Assembly (NCBI GenBank): GCA_965660545.1
Contig: CBFIAF010000002.1
Span: forward strand, 14,335 to 78,334
From: Alphaproteobacteria bacterium
Lineage (GTDB): Bacteria; Pseudomonadota; Alphaproteobacteria; Bin95
Reading direction: 5' to 3'
DNA length: 64,000 nt
The position numbers and the translations under genes were made by a program. Within the stretch, counting starts at the first letter, position 1, and each line of letters begins with the position of its first letter. The notes below the pieces were generated by a model that was not told the origin of the DNA, did not search any database, and was given only the letters and a program-made list of their open reading frames with translations. Below, one piece after another: positions 61,055-64,000 of this stretch.

Positions 61055-61324
61055 ATGTCCCCAAAGGCACCAAATTGTCCATCCTGCGGCGCGCCGAATA
61101 GGGCCGCTATGGAACCGGTATCCCAGAAAGGTATGATTCCGGCAGCTCTGCTTTGCTTTTTCCTAGGCACGTTTGGCATACACCGGTTCTATGTCGGTAA
61201 GATCATCACTGGAATTTTTATGACCCTTACACTTGGCGGCCTTGGTATTTGGGTCCTGATTGATTTTGTAATGATCATTATCGGTAGCTTCCGGGATAAA
61301 ATCGGCCCGCCGTTGTGCCGTTAG
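61055..61324 (+). CDS. TM2-domain membrane protein with N-terminal zinc-ribbon-like CPSCG
   Basis: …FLGTFGIHRFYVGKIITGIFMTLTLGGLGIWVLIDFVMI is the TM2 domain pattern. Confidence 0.7.
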   Translation: MSPKAPNCPSCGAPNRAAMEPVSQKGMIPAALLCFFLGTFGIHRFYVGKIITGIFMTLTLGGLGIWVLIDFVMIIIGSFRDKIGPPLCR

Positions 61325-61725
61325 TACCGTTAGCGCAGCGCAATGCCTTTTTGTGTGAAATGTGGGATCGCTATGGCCGATACCGCGGCCGCTGCGGTTT
61401 TATGCCACCAGTTGACACTGGCCGGCCTCAGGCAGATGCAACTGATAAAAGCTTCGGCATTGCAGTGAGGCTCTGTGGAATTTTTGGAACCGTCAGCATG
61501 CACCATTCCTATCTGGGCAATATCGTGCGTGGGCTCTTCGATCCCTGGTTGTTTGTTGGCTCGATACTCTGCTTTTTCAGCGGTGATCCATCGCTTCAGA
61601 TGCTTGGGCTTATCCTTATCCTGATGGACGCGTTGCATACCCTCTTTGTTTTCTACAAGCTGATTGTTGGTCAACAATTAGATGGAGCAAGCCGGTTAGT
61701 CACATATCCCAGGCAATTCGGGTAG
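61315..61725 (+). CDS. Second TM2-domain-like membrane protein; start uncertain
   Basis: …GIFGTVSMHHSYLGNIVRGLF…MLGLILILMDALHTLF repeats the GxHxxYLG…G…D TM2 pattern. Confidence 0.45.
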   Translation: MPLVPLAQRNAFLCEMWDRYGRYRGRCGFMPPVDTGRPQADATDKSFGIAVRLCGIFGTVSMHHSYLGNIVRGLFDPWLFVGSILCFFSGDPSLQMLGLILILMDALHTLFVFYKLIVGQQLDGASRLVTYPRQFG

Positions 61726-62600
61726 TGACCTTAACTTGGCTTGATCAAAACATGGGTGATGAAGCTAATAGACGGGTTGCGCTGATAACTGGCTGCGGCA
61801 AGCAAAACGGCATCGGTGCGGCGACTGCACGTCGATTGGCAGCGGACGATGTAATTGTAGCGGTGTCTGATGTCGCTTCAGGCGGCGTCGCCAATGATCA
61901 GACACTATTGGGTGTACACCCGGCTGCTTGGCAGGGCTTAGATACCCTCACCGCAGAGATCGAAGCGGCCGGCGGCCAGGCGACAAGCTTTGTTGGCGAT
62001 GTCTCTGATGAGGCGGACGCAGCGCGGTTGGTTGCACAAACGATTGAGCAGTTTGGGCGGTTAGACATTCTGGTGAATAACGCTGGTGCGCCACATGGCA
62101 AAGATCGCGGCCAGATTGAAGATATCCCGCTGGATGCTTGGCAAAAGACGATGAGGGTCAATGCATTAGGGCCATTCCTTATGATCCGGTCTGCTGTGCC
62201 TCATATGAAGACGGCGGGCTATGGCCGGATCGTGTCGTTGTCATCTGTGGCCGGTCTGTATGCCTTGCCAGAACGCGGCGTCTATTCAGCGTCCAAAGCG
62301 GCTGTACTTGGCCTCACGAGGTCTATTGCGCATGATCTGGCACCTCATGGGGTAACCGTGAATGCAGTCTGCCCGGGGTCCATCAAGACTGATCGCGCTA
62401 TTTCCAGCACGTTGCGCGCTGGATGGAGCGATGTTGAAGCTGGTTTGAAAGAACGCGCTCAGGCCATCCCTATGCAGCGCCACGGGCTGCCGCAAGAGAT
62501 CGCAGCAACAATTGCTCATCTTGTATCCGAAGATGCAGGGTTCATCACTGGCCAGGCCTTTGTCGTTGACGGTGGCGGCCTGCCGCCAAGCGCTTTCTAG
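61725..62600 (+). CDS. SDR-family oxidoreductase
   Basis: VALITGCGKQNGIGAATA is the Rossmann motif, …NNAG… is present, and the active site YSASKAAVLGLTRSIAHDLAPHGVTVNAVCPG is intact. Confidence 0.85.
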   Translation: MTLTWLDQNMGDEANRRVALITGCGKQNGIGAATARRLAADDVIVAVSDVASGGVANDQTLLGVHPAAWQGLDTLTAEIEAAGGQATSFVGDVSDEADAARLVAQTIEQFGRLDILVNNAGAPHGKDRGQIEDIPLDAWQKTMRVNALGPFLMIRSAVPHMKTAGYGRIVSLSSVAGLYALPERGVYSASKAAVLGLTRSIAHDLAPHGVTVNAVCPGSIKTDRAISSTLRAGWSDVEAGLKERAQAIPMQRHGLPQEIAATIAHLVSEDAGFITGQAFVVDGGGLPPSAF

Positions 62601-63377
62601 TTAACGGGACACGCGCCGCCTCAATGCCGCCATGCGCGCGACAATGCCGCGGAGGGTTCGAACTTCCTGCTCAGTGATACGCGCGCGTGCGAAAATATTA
62701 CGGAGATTCTGCTTCATCGCCGGCTTCTGGTTTGGGGATCGATAAAACTTCGCCACTTCTAGTTCTACGTCTAGATGGTCCATCAGGGCGTTCACAGAGC
62801 CTTGGGCCGCAAATTCGCTTTCGCCAAGCGGTAATTCCTCGGCCGGAGTTTCGTCTTCAGCCTTTAGCCATTCCCAAGCGACCAAGAGTACAGATTGGCC
62901 AAGGTTCAGCGAACTATAGGCCGGGTTTAGCGGCGCCGTAATAATCGCCTGTGCTCGCATAACATCATGATTCGCCAGGCCAGATCGCTCGCGGCCAAAT
63001 AGGATGCCGGCGTTATTACCATTCGCGACTTCTGCTCGCATGACTTCCGCCGCTCGTGTTGGTGTGAAAATCGGCTTCACCATATCTCGACGGCGCGCGG
63101 TGGTCGCCAGAACGACCTGCAAATCGGCGATAGCGTCTGCGGTTGTTGGATATACGCGGGCGGCATCGACGACGATGTCGGCGCCAGCGGATGAGGACGC
63201 CGCTTTCTGATTTGGCCAGCCATCCCGGGGGCGGACAAGGCGAAGATCTGTCAGCCCGCAATTCAGCATGGCGCGCGCAGCAGCCCCAATATTCTCCCCC
63301 ATTTGCGGCTCGACCAGGATGATGGCCGGGCCTACATGCAGTTCGGAGGTCTTTGACGAATTGGTGCCAGCCATCAA
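62601..63377 (-). CDS. SpoU/TrmH-family tRNA 2'-O-methyltransferase (TrmJ-like)
   Basis: …ILVEPQMGENIGAAARAMLNCGL…LFGRERSGL… is the SPOUT-class motif set. Confidence 0.8.
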   Translation of the reverse strand: MMAGTNSSKTSELHVGPAIILVEPQMGENIGAAARAMLNCGLTDLRLVRPRDGWPNQKAASSSAGADIVVDAARVYPTTADAIADLQVVLATTARRRDMVKPIFTPTRAAEVMRAEVANGNNAGILFGRERSGLANHDVMRAQAIITAPLNPAYSSLNLGQSVLLVAWEWLKAEDETPAEELPLGESEFAAQGSVNALMDHLDVELEVAKFYRSPNQKPAMKQNLRNIFARARITEQEVRTLRGIVARMAALRRRVSR

Positions 63378-64000
63378 CTTGGCGCGTTGACGCCGTCCGC
63401 CATCAGCTTGTAAATCAGCCCGTCGGTCAGCGCTTCGTAGGATGCGGAAATAATGTCACCGGAAAGACCGACCGTCGTCCAGCGTCTGCCCTTACTATCG
63501 GCGCTTTCAAGCATAACGCGGGTTACGGCGGCGGTGCCGTCACCTGAATTCAAAATCCGCACCCGATAATCTGTCAGACGGACGTCAGCCAGGCCGGGAT
63601 AGAATGGGGCTAGCGCTTTTCGGAGCGCGTGGTCGAGCGCATTTACGGGGCCATTGCCCTCAGCCACTTCAAGCACTCGGGTCTCGCCGACGGAGACCTT
63701 CACTGTGGCCTCGGAAAGCGCTGGCTGCTGTGAACCAGCTTCCATCCTGTGTTCATCTAAGACACGGAATGTGTCCATGCTGAAATAGTCTGGCACGCCT
63801 GATGTCAGCTTGCGGGCCAGAAGTTCAAAACTGGCTTCGGCACCGTCATAGGAGTAGCCCTGATATTCGCGTTGCTTCACTTCCTCAACGATCTTCAGCA
63901 CGCGCGGGTCCTTGCCATCAATTTCGATGCCTAAGTCGCGGAACCGAGAAAGGATATTGGCGCGCCCAGCCTGATCTGAAACAAGGATTAGGCGGCTGTT
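63374..64000 (-). CDS. 2-isopropylmalate/citramalate synthase family protein, C-terminal regulatory domain; N-terminal part lies beyond the window end
   Basis: …YQGYSYDGAEASFELL…GNGPVNALDHALRKAL… matches the LeuA/CimA C-terminal allosteric domain. The ORF is open to the window edge. Confidence 0.7.
   Translation of the reverse strand, partial: NSRLILVSDQAGRANILSRFRDLGIEIDGKDPRVLKIVEEVKQREYQGYSYDGAEASFELLARKLTSGVPDYFSMDTFRVLDEHRMEAGSQQPALSEATVKVSVGETRVLEVAEGNGPVNALDHALRKALAPFYPGLADVRLTDYRVRILNSGDGTAAVTRVMLESADSKGRRWTTVGLSGDIISASYEALTDGLIYKLMADGVNAPS

Overview
The window is a 64-kb stretch of high-GC (~58-60%) chromosome, most plausibly alphaproteobacterial (short type-2 ArgC, LADR ligase/exonuclease pair, UMF1 MFS, MlrC-like peptidase). 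Most of it is ordinary metabolic and housekeeping content. This includes acyl-CoA dehydrogenase and CoA-transferase, two GGT paralogs, a TetR-MFP-RND efflux operon, queA-tgt, rplM-rpsI, argC, PHB depolymerase, ubiB, gor, DAHP synthase, and a pncB-like/nadE pair. Several decayed genes are scattered through it: an ALAS/AONS-type aminotransferase C-terminus, an SDR with an in-frame TAA, and a SugE-like SMR gene with at least two frameshifts. The stand-out feature is an ~8-kb strongly AT-rich accessory island (about 29.7-37.9 kb) wedged between the 3' end of tgt and the rpsI terminator. The island carries a degraded IS5-family transposase, a paralogous family of secreted Sel1-repeat proteins, an hsdM (type I R-M methylase) N-terminal relic, a low-GC secreted dienelactone-hydrolase-like alpha/beta hydrolase, and a P4-type integrase N-terminal relic. 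The Sel1 family shares a conserved 5' leader/signal-peptide module present in five copies (two intact genes, three orphan copies), two of which are joined head-to-head. I found no CRISPR array and no tRNA or rRNA genes.
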